DNA of 64,000 bases, taken from IMG/VR virus record IMGVR_UViG_3300042691_050947; one strand, 5' to 3'. The first letter of the stretch is position 1; every line of letters starts with the position of its first letter. The notes beneath the pieces are model-generated. The model made no database searches. It worked only from the letters and a program-made list of their open reading frames with translations, and was not told where the DNA came from. The translations under genes were made by a program, and so were the position numbers. This stretch comes from a virus. This document shows positions 41,101-51,463 of this stretch, in pieces.

Positions 41101-43557
41101 TACATCACTAAATGGGGAATTAAGAACGGTAAAGACTCTCGAGATAATCCGTATCGATTAAACACTGAATTGATATTTGGTAGAAATAATTTTTCTCCTG
41201 ACCATGCAGACAGGTCTCAAAATCCTATTAATTTTACGCATGAATGGTTTTACATAGAGAGCAAGTTTAATTATGTATACGATGAGAGCACTGCTGCACA
41301 AAACACAAGTTATTTTGATGTCCCACTCAATGAATCGGCTCTTCTTTCTGATCCTGATTACTTTATCAACTATTTTACCTATACTCCAACCTCGTTAACA
41401 GGCAAAGAGATAGCTGATACCCAATTTAGATACTCATCACTTTATAAAAATGCTGCAGACCAATATGAGGCTTTCTTTAAAGGCTTTAAGTTAACATTTA
41501 AAGACGTCACTGACCCTGCTGTTTTGGGAGCAGATGGAAAACCTGTTGCAAAAGATATTACTGCAAGGTTTGATGGATATAGGTTTAGCTGCATCTTAAA
41601 ACCAGTATTAGAAGACATTAACGATCATACTAAGCCTCCAATAAGATATAGAGTAGTCGAACATAAAGATTACAAATTCATACTAGTAATCATAGAAATA
41701 TTCATAGGAAGCCTCTCTGAAATAGACGATTATTGGAAAGATTCTAGTTTATTTGGTACCACTCAAGTCAGCACGTCTAATTTTACAGCCCTGACTCCAA
41801 GCTCAGTAGAGTACTTTGACAGTGTTAATGGAGACTATCGATTATCATTTAACCAAGTATCTAACTTAACTCACACTCTTCTCTATTCCCTAAAGAATAA
41901 GAAATACAATACACTATTGAATTCTTTTTCCAATATTAAAATGGGTTCAAAGCTTAACATTACTCCTACTGGATTCAATGGAGCTAACTATACTATTCGC
42001 GCATTAGCTAATGCAAACACCCCAAATTATGTAGGATCATTGACTGACGATGTCATCAACCCTACCGATTCTACCCTAATCTTTATAAAAGATCTTAGTA
42101 CTAATTTTGATATCTTTGTGTGTGGACTAGTAAGCTTTGTTCCAACTGTTCCATTGATTAATCCAATAGATTATTCTCTAGAAAAGTTTGTACACTACGA
42201 TGGCATAAACTATGGAGTTGGACTAGTACTACCTTCCCTAGCACTATATGGAATACTTCCAACAAGTACCGTTTCCTTTATCAATCAGAATTTTGCTTTT
42301 AAAGTAATGACTGGTGGAGAAAAATACTTTGAAAAACTAATTGAAAAGATCTCATTTGCAAAGTTTAAAAAATACATTAATGAGCTAGACAATATCATAG
42401 AATATTCTTCGTACTCTCTTAACTCTGCCGGAGTCTCTGTTCTTAATCCTAATCCTAACTTTTATCTAGAGGTACTTGACGTTAGTTACATTGAAAAACA
42501 AAATCAATTAATAACTAACTTTACTGAGAGCATACCTATCCAGTTTTCTGGACAAGATGAAATCGGTACAGATTATGAAGTAGCCGATCTTCCAGTAAAA
42601 TATGAACTAAACAGATATAAGGGAGAATACGAACCAGTCGTTCGAAACTACTCTATTTACCAATCAAATTATAAGTTTACCAAAAACGCAATAAATGATC
42701 TTTCTTTAAGTAACACTAAAATAAATCCAGAAGTTTCCAATTTTCTGACTATTCAAAACTTTAATCATATTAAAGTAGCAGACACTCAAGTTTTAGTTTT
42801 AGAGTCTGACGAATCATACTTACCGATTTATCCTAAGATAAGCGAAGTTGCAATCGGTCAAGGAGAATATTTCCTACTTCGAGGTAACTGGGATTGGGGA
42901 TTCCACTACAAGTATTCAAATAAGGAACAGTATTTACCAGTTTCCGGTGCACTGCGAATAGAAGAAGATGATTCATTCTTAGCTAAATTGATAAACCTGC
43001 CTGAGATAATAGAGCTTAATGATTTTAATATCGAGTTTATTGATCCTGCAATAGAGTTTAAATCAGTAGACATATCCAAAGTAGAAATAGTAGCTAAGGA
43101 GACTCCTAATGCAGTAGAGGGAATCATCAATGTGAATAATGTTCTTACTCGATTCCTGATTGAGGATGGGATCGATGCAAAATTTAACGAGTACCTAATA
43201 AACTCAAACCAGTATATTGGAAACTTTACCAGTATTTCTGATCCAGACATAAATGTTTCCTCGTATGTTAGGGAATACATAAAACTTAATATCTTAAAGT
43301 TGTATGATATTGATATAAATGCCTTTTATGCAAAAGAAGATACTACATTAGTGTCAACTAATCAACAGGCTGGCGCAAATCCAAACTCAATAGAATTTGT
43401 TTTCTTGGATGATAAAAAACGCTTTACTCAAGGTTACAACATATTAAAGTCATTGCAAATAAATAAAAAAGATAAGTTGATACTCCAATTTAGTTTCTTA
43501 AAGAAACCTGGTACTGGTCTATTAATAAGTCCAAAGATAAAAATTAAATTCATCTAA
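38116..43557 (+). CDS. Very large virion structural protein (baseplate/tail) with inserted beta modules
   Basis: 1813 aa; contains HGYETND and GSGYQVGD modules typical of myophage structural proteins. Confidence 0.6.
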   Translation: MSNRDINYVKLLTEDSSFQLVRTNPKLTGNVKITINESGNLWLESIKANPELSKDLYSKVPIDTAQSHPANLLRFFNNGSTPNEIIFDLNEQVNATKTSKNFKDQYDFSHYFSGAKYLASNKYTERMSYFAPLYLKEEVPDYFIIFKIDDPANFPLDQVKQNYVSGETKTDYLIDLFTRASIIKTFDIRAETIPGKYLRDYINNVNFPTSPLTVLYEEDDFTTWNGILINEGIFGSRGELISSLYTSSQPLKFFEENITNGFSRNGVIFPNILNLEFVFNDDSSNKYDFNRYLGMYVNAIELTKLDIDLDRAYLNRGTWENEPHFRKRFLETDEVFLTQSNPDGVIVPFKNSEVKFSDFSRTFVDSDNLFINYISDKDSRLYMPKLTNPFSIEYGPLKTASLSAIGALVNANITSHGYETNDLIVIDSIDSEYSGEFLITAIDPNNFEYTVSSAPANPTSTGTSKKELSTGQFRFANNKIDLGLFFGQSRKNFLQDIGTATKVAGKSHAVIKINYAGRVSQFNLSLVGTSYIGSTGVTTTGGSGTGLTLDLIDNGAGGILSATIDQPGSGYQVGDVITIDGGNNNATITVSAVINASLDNYDEIKIYHPNGTQIDSIGKYDLIVSTQLYPLIPNPGEYYVYNDYDNVLGYDEFYMNGGGTASQIASALAGCINGIRSRTFTAYQYDDRVFIKANSPGDFDQLHKISFFSPVNEYSVITINSTNTGSALIGSVFSFMGGSKETGNRLIIDAGHLSKIETNLDSILVKSSDSWSKIRKVSQWVDEITETNSTTQALRSKAVSEYDGKIAIVLEENETPTISNKEFLMKPKFRPSFGLLSFYLIKDLDFDFYSSTYTNFPIIDLYQHYFIPEGMDLLEPGIDYIVYNGSILTEGTTYPANSTFTVSTITSYSIVTGTPLVTYDPSTTSSVIPVNDENKELKGFDGFSILKDPSKIVQQDTSNEYIFKTKYLNGLTNTEYDYYKENESLDFALRSKVIPYITKWGIKNGKDSRDNPYRLNTELIFGRNNFSPDHADRSQNPINFTHEWFYIESKFNYVYDESTAAQNTSYFDVPLNESALLSDPDYFINYFTYTPTSLTGKEIADTQFRYSSLYKNAADQYEAFFKGFKLTFKDVTDPAVLGADGKPVAKDITARFDGYRFSCILKPVLEDINDHTKPPIRYRVVEHKDYKFILVIIEIFIGSLSEIDDYWKDSSLFGTTQVSTSNFTALTPSSVEYFDSVNGDYRLSFNQVSNLTHTLLYSLKNKKYNTLLNSFSNIKMGSKLNITPTGFNGANYTIRALANANTPNYVGSLTDDVINPTDSTLIFIKDLSTNFDIFVCGLVSFVPTVPLINPIDYSLEKFVHYDGINYGVGLVLPSLALYGILPTSTVSFINQNFAFKVMTGGEKYFEKLIEKISFAKFKKYINELDNIIEYSSYSLNSAGVSVLNPNPNFYLEVLDVSYIEKQNQLITNFTESIPIQFSGQDEIGTDYEVADLPVKYELNRYKGEYEPVVRNYSIYQSNYKFTKNAINDLSLSNTKINPEVSNFLTIQNFNHIKVADTQVLVLESDESYLPIYPKISEVAIGQGEYFLLRGNWDWGFHYKYSNKEQYLPVSGALRIEEDDSFLAKLINLPEIIELNDFNIEFIDPAIEFKSVDISKVEIVAKETPNAVEGIINVNNVLTRFLIEDGIDAKFNEYLINSNQYIGNFTSISDPDINVSSYVREYIKLNILKLYDIDINAFYAKEDTTLVSTNQQAGANPNSIEFVFLDDKKRFTQGYNILKSLQINKKDKLILQFSFLKKPGTGLLISPKIKIKFI

Positions 43558-43558
43558 G

Positions 43559-46042
43559 ATGCCAATTAGAATAAACCTAAAGGAAATATTTTCGTCAGAT
43601 CCTCAAGAGATATTAGTCGATAAGTTAAACTTTAACTATAACAAGTTGCTTGAGCTTGGCGTGGGTACTCCAGGACCAACTGGTTTGACTGGACCACAAG
43701 GAGCAGCAGGACCGGTCGGATTAGTCGGACCTCAAGGAGATCGTGGAGCTACTTGGTGGGTAGATTCGGGTGATCCAAACACTCTTACTTTTACCGGATT
43801 AATCGATGGCGACCTGTATTTAGATCAGACATCCAACGTTTTTCAAGTTTGGAAATACGATGATACTACAAGTACATGGGTATCTGTTGTAAGCATTGCA
43901 GCAATCGTGACATCATACCTAAGTAGTCTATCAAACATTCCGTTTGAAACAGTCACGACTTTCCAAGCCCCAGGTTCGACTGCAGTAAATAAGTTTATCC
44001 TATTTGATAAACGAGACGATTATGTAGCCGACGCCACTCGAGGTACTGCTAACGTTTCCCTTAACAATATGTTATTCCTAAATAACTTTGATGAGACTGA
44101 TGTTACATATCCGACCTTGGGTCAAGACCAATACAATTCTCTACTTTCAATATTTCCTGCGCATGATGATACGCAAGATTCAGGTAGAGCTCAATCTGGT
44201 AGATACCATATTGAAATGGGATCCCTTTATATGGACAGCGATGTGTTGCCAGTAGGTACCATAAAATACAGTGATCTTAAGCATAACCTAAAAGCTAAGT
44301 TTTATAAGCAATATGTGGATCCAATACTTCCACCACAGCTTCCAGCAACTAATACATGGATCAATACTGCTAGGTTTTCTCTTTCCTATACTGAGAGTCA
44401 GTCTCTGCTCGATATAGATCAGAATGCTGCATTTGAGTTTCTTTTTCCAAAGTGGAATAACGAAGGCATGTCGCCTATTCGAGAAGAGTTATCTGTTGTA
44501 TTTAGTTCAGCTGAAGCAGTCGTTGAGCGTAGTCCAGCACACACTCACATTGTAGCAGACGGTATTCATATTTCAACTACGAGTTCTTCTATAAACTCTA
44601 CGATAGGCTTAGCTCTAGACTATTCAAGTTTAAATGCTAAGCTTGATGCTAAGAATCACCTAATGTTAGACTCTAATTCTGGAGTAGATGGAGTGATTCT
44701 TCTAAATAAAGGCACTTTTGTTAATGGCGACGCGAATATTGTCGATGGATTAGCTATCGGTTCAGGATACGAAGATTTAACTGCACCTGCAAATAGCTTA
44801 ATCGTTGAGGGTCAATTAGGAATTGGAACGTCTGTTCCTTTTGGTAATTCAAGTCAACACATTTATGCTACTGGTTCAACTAGCATTAGGACAATATCAG
44901 TACAGGAAATAGATACTCTATCTTTTTCAGGTTTCATTAAATTGCTTTATTGTCACTCTTCGTTGATAACTGATGTTACTGGCTCCCCTACTACTACTCT
45001 ATATCGAACTAGTTTTTCTGGAAGTAGTCAGTTTGGAACTTTAACTGGAATGGAAATAGATTTAAGCTTTGCTACAAGCATAGCGCACAGTGGAAATTTC
45101 TATGGAACTAAGATCGCGTTAAACAACACATCAGACTTTAGCGGAGCGAACCGACAAGTATTTGGTAATTACTTTCAACTTGCACCAGATCTGAGCGCAG
45201 TTACTGGCAGTGGCGCACTTAGAGGAAGCTTAGTCGAGCTTTCGGGATATGTTCCAAATTCAGTTACTGAGATACGAGGATCAGACCTTCTAATACAGCA
45301 AACAAATGGGGCGCTTAGCCAAGGTGCAATATTCGGTAATAATATTAGACTTAACGTCAATTCATTGGGTTCAGCTGCTTCAGCTGTCACAGGTATAAAT
45401 ATCACAATGAATACTAGTAGTTTATATACTTTACCTAACCTTTCATATGGAATCAATATAGCGAACGCTGGTGAAATTCCAGCGAGTGGAGAAACATATG
45501 GTTTAAAATACAACCACTTTGGAACAAAGGGAGCTGGTGCTAGCGCATACGGATATTATATTGAAGGTAATACTGATAACTATACAGAAGGAGATTCTCG
45601 ATTTAAAGGATCCGTCTCAATTAATACTGATTCAACTAAAACCTTTAATCCTGGATTAGGAAATTTGCTTCTTCCACAATATGTTCAAAACGTTTGGCAT
45701 GGCTGGTTTGAAGTCCAATTTGCAAATACTCCTGGCGCTCAAATATTTTATGTTAATCAGGATGTACCAGACGGATTCGATTGGAATGAATTAGACCTTG
45801 TAAATAATACAGTCGCTAGCTCTAGTACTGCATATATTCGTGTCCTCCATCCAACACTTTCATCAAAGGCAGTATGGCAAGTGACTCCAAAATATGGAAG
45901 TGGAGGCCTTGGTCAAATCTGTACTATCTTCACCGTTTCAAGTGGGACTACTTTTTCAACTATCTATATGAAAGATGCTACTGGTGATTGGGCTGCATCT
46001 AATAGAATCGCATTCTTTTTTAGCGTGTTTGAACCAATATAA
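43559..46042 (+). CDS. Tail fibre protein with short collagen-like segment
   Basis: Gly-X-Y run GTPGPTGLTGPQGAAGPVGLVGPQGDRG, IDGDLYLD, GQLGIGTSVP fibre motifs. Confidence 0.7.
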   Translation: MPIRINLKEIFSSDPQEILVDKLNFNYNKLLELGVGTPGPTGLTGPQGAAGPVGLVGPQGDRGATWWVDSGDPNTLTFTGLIDGDLYLDQTSNVFQVWKYDDTTSTWVSVVSIAAIVTSYLSSLSNIPFETVTTFQAPGSTAVNKFILFDKRDDYVADATRGTANVSLNNMLFLNNFDETDVTYPTLGQDQYNSLLSIFPAHDDTQDSGRAQSGRYHIEMGSLYMDSDVLPVGTIKYSDLKHNLKAKFYKQYVDPILPPQLPATNTWINTARFSLSYTESQSLLDIDQNAAFEFLFPKWNNEGMSPIREELSVVFSSAEAVVERSPAHTHIVADGIHISTTSSSINSTIGLALDYSSLNAKLDAKNHLMLDSNSGVDGVILLNKGTFVNGDANIVDGLAIGSGYEDLTAPANSLIVEGQLGIGTSVPFGNSSQHIYATGSTSIRTISVQEIDTLSFSGFIKLLYCHSSLITDVTGSPTTTLYRTSFSGSSQFGTLTGMEIDLSFATSIAHSGNFYGTKIALNNTSDFSGANRQVFGNYFQLAPDLSAVTGSGALRGSLVELSGYVPNSVTEIRGSDLLIQQTNGALSQGAIFGNNIRLNVNSLGSAASAVTGINITMNTSSLYTLPNLSYGINIANAGEIPASGETYGLKYNHFGTKGAGASAYGYYIEGNTDNYTEGDSRFKGSVSINTDSTKTFNPGLGNLLLPQYVQNVWHGWFEVQFANTPGAQIFYVNQDVPDGFDWNELDLVNNTVASSSTAYIRVLHPTLSSKAVWQVTPKYGSGGLGQICTIFTVSSGTTFSTIYMKDATGDWAASNRIAFFFSVFEPI

Positions 46043-46062
46043 ATAAAAAATAAAAATATAAA

Positions 46063-46383
46063 ATGGGATTAAAAATAACAACTCAAATTTATACGAATGT
46101 CGGACCTTCGTCTGAGGCTTATGTAAACATAGAATCAATCGAGGTTAAAAAGAGCCAAGGCATTATTGTCAAGTTAAATAATTACCTAAGTAAAGAACTT
46201 AGAGAGTCGGATCCTAGTTCAAAGATAGTGTCAACTAAGCTCTACGATAGAGTCTTTATTGCAGTTGAGCCTGAATCAACTGAACTTGCTGGACTAGAAG
46301 CAAATCCGATTCATTCTTTTGTATATTCTAAAATAAAGGAAAAATTAATTGCTCTTGAATTAACGGTAGAGGACGATATTTAA
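46063..46383 (+). CDS. Small fibre-associated protein (possible fibre chaperone)
   Basis: Directly follows the fibre gene; MGLKIT..EAYVNI..YSKIK pattern. Confidence 0.5.
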   Translation: MGLKITTQIYTNVGPSSEAYVNIESIEVKKSQGIIVKLNNYLSKELRESDPSSKIVSTKLYDRVFIAVEPESTELAGLEANPIHSFVYSKIKEKLIALELTVEDDI

Positions 46384-47216
46384 TCGATCCATTGACTCAA
46401 GGTAAAAGGCATTAGCCTCTCTATCAAAAGCAGACCGTGCAATTCATTTATTATTGCGGGTTCAAATTTAAGACCCTTAGCTATTCCCTTGTTTAAAAGA
46501 ACAGTATCTTTAATGACGTTTGCCACCATTTTTTCAGGAGGCCCATCTAAGACCGCAAATATCACGTTCTTATATTCATTCATCTTATCTAATTCAGGCG
46601 CCTGAAGCTTATCTAGTTCTTCTCTGAGAGCATTTTCTCTTATCTCTGAAATGGTGATCGTCTTTATCTTTTTAAAAGAGTGACCAAGGTCCCTTTTTCG
46701 ATCGCTTGTTATTTTCCAAATGGAATATTTTTTATTACCGGCAGTATTGATTACTATAAATATTTCATTCTGTTCATGAACCATCTCATTCATATAGAAA
46801 AAATTAACGTCGTCCAATACATTTAACTGTATGTCCATGTAATCTAGGATCAAATTTAAAAAAACATAGTTTGCATTTCTAAAGATCTCAACAGCCTCGT
46901 CCTTTTTAGTATAGATCTGTTTAAGTTCGTTTGTGATCTGTTTAATTCGATCGTTTTTCCAAACCGGATGCATTTTAAAATCACGAAGGTGACCATCCAC
47001 GGCTAGGGTGTTTAGGTTTAAACTATGAAAAAATAGCTCATAAAAGTGATCTAAATAGCCTTCTTCCAGGTCATGCTTATATTTTTGGCTTGCTGCGAGC
47101 AGAACATAATTAAAGTACTCGGGATCAAGATAAGATCCTTTAGTTATCCATAACGGATCGAGTATTTGTTTTTTCTTCAAAAGACTTGCTCGTTTTTTAT
47201 TATTTATTTTACTCAA
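46380..47216 (-). CDS. Hypothetical protein
   Basis: 278 aa ORF, TTG start, lone antisense gene in the structural block. Confidence 0.65.
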   Translation of the reverse strand: MSKINNKKRASLLKKKQILDPLWITKGSYLDPEYFNYVLLAASQKYKHDLEEGYLDHFYELFFHSLNLNTLAVDGHLRDFKMHPVWKNDRIKQITNELKQIYTKKDEAVEIFRNANYVFLNLILDYMDIQLNVLDDVNFFYMNEMVHEQNEIFIVINTAGNKKYSIWKITSDRKRDLGHSFKKIKTITISEIRENALREELDKLQAPELDKMNEYKNVIFAVLDGPPEKMVANVIKDTVLLNKGIAKGLKFEPAIINELHGLLLIERLMPFTLSQWID

Positions 47217-47276
47217 AATCCGATACTAGTTTAGATAAAAAAATAAAATAAATAAACTAAATACGTATTTACGTCA

Positions 47277-49421
47277 ATGGCTAAAACTACCGTAAAATTA
47301 TTAATTGATCCTCAAAATAATTCTTTGACTTTTAGTAAAAACTTTAGAATTTTTTCAACGTGTGAACCAGTTACAGGAATTATAGAGTTTACTGATTTTA
47401 TTGAAGACTTGATTATTTCTACACCAAACACATTAGATCTAAACAATTTGAGTCGGAAATTTAGATACTCAAGAAATAGACTTGATTGGTCACTATGGTA
47501 TGATGTTGAGCCTGGAGATCTAGGCGATGCTGCTGGCATATTCTTAGATGCACATGACGAATTTTATTTTGAAGTAAAGTATGAGTACGATGACGGCACA
47601 TCAAATGAGCTATCCACTCCAATCGAAATAAATGAGATTAAGCTTAGGTTTACCCAAGCGTCTCCAGTAGCAAATACCTACACTCCTCAAATGTTGTGTA
47701 GCGATGAAAAGTGCACTTCCATAATACAGAATAGGGATCCTAGCTTCAGACCATATAACGTCGATAGCGCGATCGGAATGTTTCAGGAACTTTCTTTCTT
47801 TACCAATCAACTATATGGTCACCAGGTGGTATACTTTAGGACTCTTCCGGAGTCCGACAGCGGCGATTATGTTTTTAAAGAGTGGACACTTTATAAAAAC
47901 ATAGATCGTAAGTGTATTAAGGTAATGGTCAAAGACAATGCCTTTCCGGACAACGTTCCTAAATTTACGGAGTTTGGAATAGATTTTCAATTACCCTTTG
48001 AGGTCGAGATCGATCATAAATATTTTCAGTCCATTTTTGGAGTTAATTCTGAGCCGAGAAAGAGAGACTTTTTATACTTTCCCCTACTTAATAGAATGTT
48101 TGAGATTCAGGGGTCATACCTTCATCGAGGATTTATGATGGCACCGACCTTTTGGAAAATACACCTTAAAAAATACAATCCAAACATCGATATGCTTCTC
48201 ACTGATGACACTCGAACATTCTTAGATAACGTGATCACCAATGCAGAGCAGCTATTTGGAGAAGAGGTGAAAAAGGATATTAAGGACGGAACCATGCCAG
48301 CTCAATATCAAAAGATCACAACGACCTTTGACTCTTCTAGAAAATCTCTACATCCTGATATTATACAAAGACCGTTAAAGTACACCTACAATTTTGCTCC
48401 GCTGATAGAAAACTATTATGACTTAAGTGGGATACTTCCTACTGATTTGCTTGTAAATCTTACGAACGATTCACCAGTCCTATCCACAACTCAGCAGGTG
48501 TTTAACTTGGCCAGTCTGGACAAGGTCCCGGCTCCTTTAAATAACGTGATCCTTGCATATCAAAATAGCGAACTATATGTCTCTTGGAAAAATGGAGGTA
48601 TTATAACAAACGATAAAAATTCTCTCGGAGTTTCAACTCGATACATTAGGGTTAGGGGCCCGTTTGACTCCATCGCAAATCATATAGGATCCAATGATGA
48701 GGGAAGATACATTAGAATAGAAGCATATCGTGATATTAGTCTTACTGATCAGAGAAACATTCAAGTTGATTCTAGCGGACCCGTGCCGACCGCTCAATTT
48801 AAGGTTAGAGACACGGCAGTCATCTATAATGCTCAACCTAAATTTAATGCAGATACTGATAAAAACCTATCATTTACCTGCCTATTCAATGTCCCAAGCA
48901 CATCAGATACCCTAAGTTTTATTGATGGATATGACGATGAGACTTCTTCTGGAATCCGGGTGACCGGTACTTTTTCTAGATATACTTCGACCTTACCTGA
49001 AGGGGATTTTGTTCTTAGGGTAACTGTAAATAGCACAGTTAAATCGTACACCATTAACAACTTTATAAGTGACACTTGGCATGCGATGGTAGTTTCAATG
49101 TCCAACGAATTTTTACAGGTTGGTGCATACGTGTACAGAATCAAGGAGGATCCGAGCGACATCATCAACCACAACGATTTTATTAGAGTTCTTTCAAACA
49201 TCTCATCCTTTACACAGCATACCTTTGATCTTACTCAAAACTATACCTTACCTAGTTCAAAATTACTAATTACAAACATTCGAGTCTTTAATACTATGTT
49301 GAGGGAAGAGGAGCATGATTTTATCCTAAGCCAACAGTTTTTAAAGGACGAGTCAATGTTGGTGTTAATCGATAACTGTCGACCTCAAACTAACTTACCA
49401 TACATCGCTAAAAACAGATAA
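47277..49421 (+). CDS. Neck/head-closure protein (gp14-like) with extra N-terminal domain and C-terminal LamG-like domain
   Basis: YGHQVVYF, FGIDFQ, PRKRDFLYFPLLNRMFEI match the gp14 core; DTWHAMVV..ITNIRVFN resembles LamG. Confidence 0.65.
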   Translation: MAKTTVKLLIDPQNNSLTFSKNFRIFSTCEPVTGIIEFTDFIEDLIISTPNTLDLNNLSRKFRYSRNRLDWSLWYDVEPGDLGDAAGIFLDAHDEFYFEVKYEYDDGTSNELSTPIEINEIKLRFTQASPVANTYTPQMLCSDEKCTSIIQNRDPSFRPYNVDSAIGMFQELSFFTNQLYGHQVVYFRTLPESDSGDYVFKEWTLYKNIDRKCIKVMVKDNAFPDNVPKFTEFGIDFQLPFEVEIDHKYFQSIFGVNSEPRKRDFLYFPLLNRMFEIQGSYLHRGFMMAPTFWKIHLKKYNPNIDMLLTDDTRTFLDNVITNAEQLFGEEVKKDIKDGTMPAQYQKITTTFDSSRKSLHPDIIQRPLKYTYNFAPLIENYYDLSGILPTDLLVNLTNDSPVLSTTQQVFNLASLDKVPAPLNNVILAYQNSELYVSWKNGGIITNDKNSLGVSTRYIRVRGPFDSIANHIGSNDEGRYIRIEAYRDISLTDQRNIQVDSSGPVPTAQFKVRDTAVIYNAQPKFNADTDKNLSFTCLFNVPSTSDTLSFIDGYDDETSSGIRVTGTFSRYTSTLPEGDFVLRVTVNSTVKSYTINNFISDTWHAMVVSMSNEFLQVGAYVYRIKEDPSDIINHNDFIRVLSNISSFTQHTFDLTQNYTLPSSKLLITNIRVFNTMLREEEHDFILSQQFLKDESMLVLIDNCRPQTNLPYIAKNR

Positions 49422-49425
49422 TGCC

Positions 49426-50211
49426 ATGAAAATATCAAACAACGAAAACATAAGAAACGAAAATGTCCAGGACATTTTCCTAAGAAACGCGACTCTTTCG
49501 ATGCTAGATCTGTTAAACCGACAGGTCGTGATAGAACTTCGAAGAAACGATAAGGTTGAGCTGCATGAGATTCCATTCTTCTATAACTTTGGTGGAGATG
49601 AGGGATTTATGAAAGACTTTTTTATTGATCTGCCTACTGACTGTAAGTATCCCAATCACGCTGAGGGAAACTATGAGCAGATGCCAAGGGGAGTAGTCAC
49701 CCTCTCCTCTTTTTCAATTAAACCGGCAAATAACACCAATAAGTTTGTTCGGGGAAGCTTTAATCAGGAGACTCGAGACGAAAACGATGAAAAGGTCCTA
49801 AAGGCATTTTCAGCCAGGCTTTTTACCCTACCGATGTCATTAAGTTATAACATTAAGATAGAAAGCGATAACATCAACAAGACCTTTAAGATAATGGAAA
49901 AAATATTTGATTTTTATTATAAAAATCAGGTAAGATACTTTCAGTTTAGAGGAATTAGGATTCCAGCGCAAGTAACATTTCCAGACACCGCGCAGTTCAC
50001 TAAGAGTTATAACTTTGTATATAGCGATGCCAATATAGTTTCAATATCGCTTGATCTAGAAATGGAGACGTACTTTCCTAGCTTTGACGATCACTCTAAA
50101 ATGTACAAGGGTAACACGATCAAACAGTTTAACCTACGTGAAAATACTGGAATCATTGGAACCTCACTTAATGATAGTTGGGTCGATCAAGATTATCCTC
50201 CAGCTGAATAA
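49426..50211 (+). CDS. Tail terminator/sheath stabiliser (gp15-like)
   Basis: IPFFY, PRGVV, PMSLSYNIKI..FKIMEKIFDFY resemble gp15; follows gp14. Confidence 0.7.
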   Translation: MKISNNENIRNENVQDIFLRNATLSMLDLLNRQVVIELRRNDKVELHEIPFFYNFGGDEGFMKDFFIDLPTDCKYPNHAEGNYEQMPRGVVTLSSFSIKPANNTNKFVRGSFNQETRDENDEKVLKAFSARLFTLPMSLSYNIKIESDNINKTFKIMEKIFDFYYKNQVRYFQFRGIRIPAQVTFPDTAQFTKSYNFVYSDANIVSISLDLEMETYFPSFDDHSKMYKGNTIKQFNLRENTGIIGTSLNDSWVDQDYPPAE

Positions 50212-50221
50212 ATAATTAAAT

Positions 50222-50794
50222 ATGGAAGCAAAAATAAAAAGTTTTAGTCAATTCATAGGAGAAGGAAAAATATCCGATAACCTTAGATACCACATAGATA
50301 ATGGATATAGCATTGCTGAGTCGGTCTTTCGGCCTGGATCAGAGGCCCATGTTGTGATGCTGACTGAGGCTAGGGAAAAGTTCTATGATGGCATGCTTTA
50401 TCTGGGAAACACTGATAAGAAGCTGTTTGAAGAAACTGATCTTGGTCTGACTGCTATTTTTAACGGTAAACTTGTCCCGTTAGATCTTCCATTGGAGATA
50501 CTTGATCTAAATGAGGAGAAGAAACCTCGGTTAAACTATCCCATGCGAGGAGGTACCAAAAAATATCAGGTCTATGTTAGAAATCCAAAGACGGGTCGAA
50601 TCATGAAGATAGCTTTTGGAGATGTGCATGGTGGACTTACTGCAAAGGTAAGCAATCCTAAAGCCAGAAAATCCTTTGCTGCTCGCCATAATTGTGCTGA
50701 AAAGAAGGATCGAACTAAGGCTGGCTATTGGGCTTGTCGAATAAACCGATATGCTCACCTTTGGGGAGGAAAAACTTATCCTGGATATTGGTGA
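50222..50794 (+). CDS. Putative internal head protein with basic C-terminal domain
   Basis: Leader IKSFSQFIGE; KKYQVYV..FGD..ARKSFAARHNC..AGYWAC module seen in phage hypotheticals. Confidence 0.65.
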   Translation: MEAKIKSFSQFIGEGKISDNLRYHIDNGYSIAESVFRPGSEAHVVMLTEAREKFYDGMLYLGNTDKKLFEETDLGLTAIFNGKLVPLDLPLEILDLNEEKKPRLNYPMRGGTKKYQVYVRNPKTGRIMKIAFGDVHGGLTAKVSNPKARKSFAARHNCAEKKDRTKAGYWACRINRYAHLWGGKTYPGYW

Positions 50795-51063
50795 TGGTGT
50801 ATACTGATAATAAAATAGGTGATGATCTAATTAGAGTTTTTGACGATTCAATTAATCCGATCGAGCTAAAATGGCATCGTGATGATGAAGACAGATCAGT
50901 GATCGCAATCGATAAAACGGACTGGAAGATTCAGCTGGAAGATAGATTGCCGCAGAGCCTAAATTCAGTAGTCTTTATTGAACGTGGACAGTGGCATCGT
51001 GTGATAAAAGGAACTGGCGAGCTAAGAGTAAAAATAGTAAAGAGTGATGAATCTAATAAATGA
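50794..51063 (+). CDS. Small cupin-fold protein (start revised to 50794)
   Basis: LKWHRD and WHRVIKG cupin His motifs; TGATG overlap with the previous gene. Confidence 0.65.
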   Translation: MVYTDNKIGDDLIRVFDDSINPIELKWHRDDEDRSVIAIDKTDWKIQLEDRLPQSLNSVVFIERGQWHRVIKGTGELRVKIVKSDESNK

Positions 51064-51463
51064 GACGATTGAAAAACATGGAGAGGTATGGAAAGTCTTT
51101 TCTAAGAAAAAAGTTAACGGAAAACGCAAGCTTCTTGGGACCCATAAGACTCGTGATAAAGCGGTCGATCAATTACAGGCGATTGAGAGCTCTAAGATGA
51201 AAAACGAATCGACTATCTTAACTTATTCTGAATTTATTAATGAACGTAAAAAAGAAAAAGTTAATCCCGTGTATCTTACTAAGGATGCGGCTGAGATGAA
51301 GAGCGAAATAAAAAAGCATGCTAAAAAATCAGATGATGATGCCAGCGCATATACGAGTCACCCCGACGGTGGATGGAAGGCCGACTATTCTAAGTCTGGC
51401 GCAAGATATAAAACTAAACCTAGTAAATACACTAAGGCATTTCAAAAAAAATACGGCAAATAA
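51044..51463 (+). CDS. Basic two-module protein, putative internal head protein
   Basis: MMNLINE start, internal ILTYSEFINE, C-terminal KTKPSKYT. Confidence 0.65.
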   Translation: MMNLINETIEKHGEVWKVFSKKKVNGKRKLLGTHKTRDKAVDQLQAIESSKMKNESTILTYSEFINERKKEKVNPVYLTKDAAEMKSEIKKHAKKSDDDASAYTSHPDGGWKADYSKSGARYKTKPSKYTKAFQKKYGK

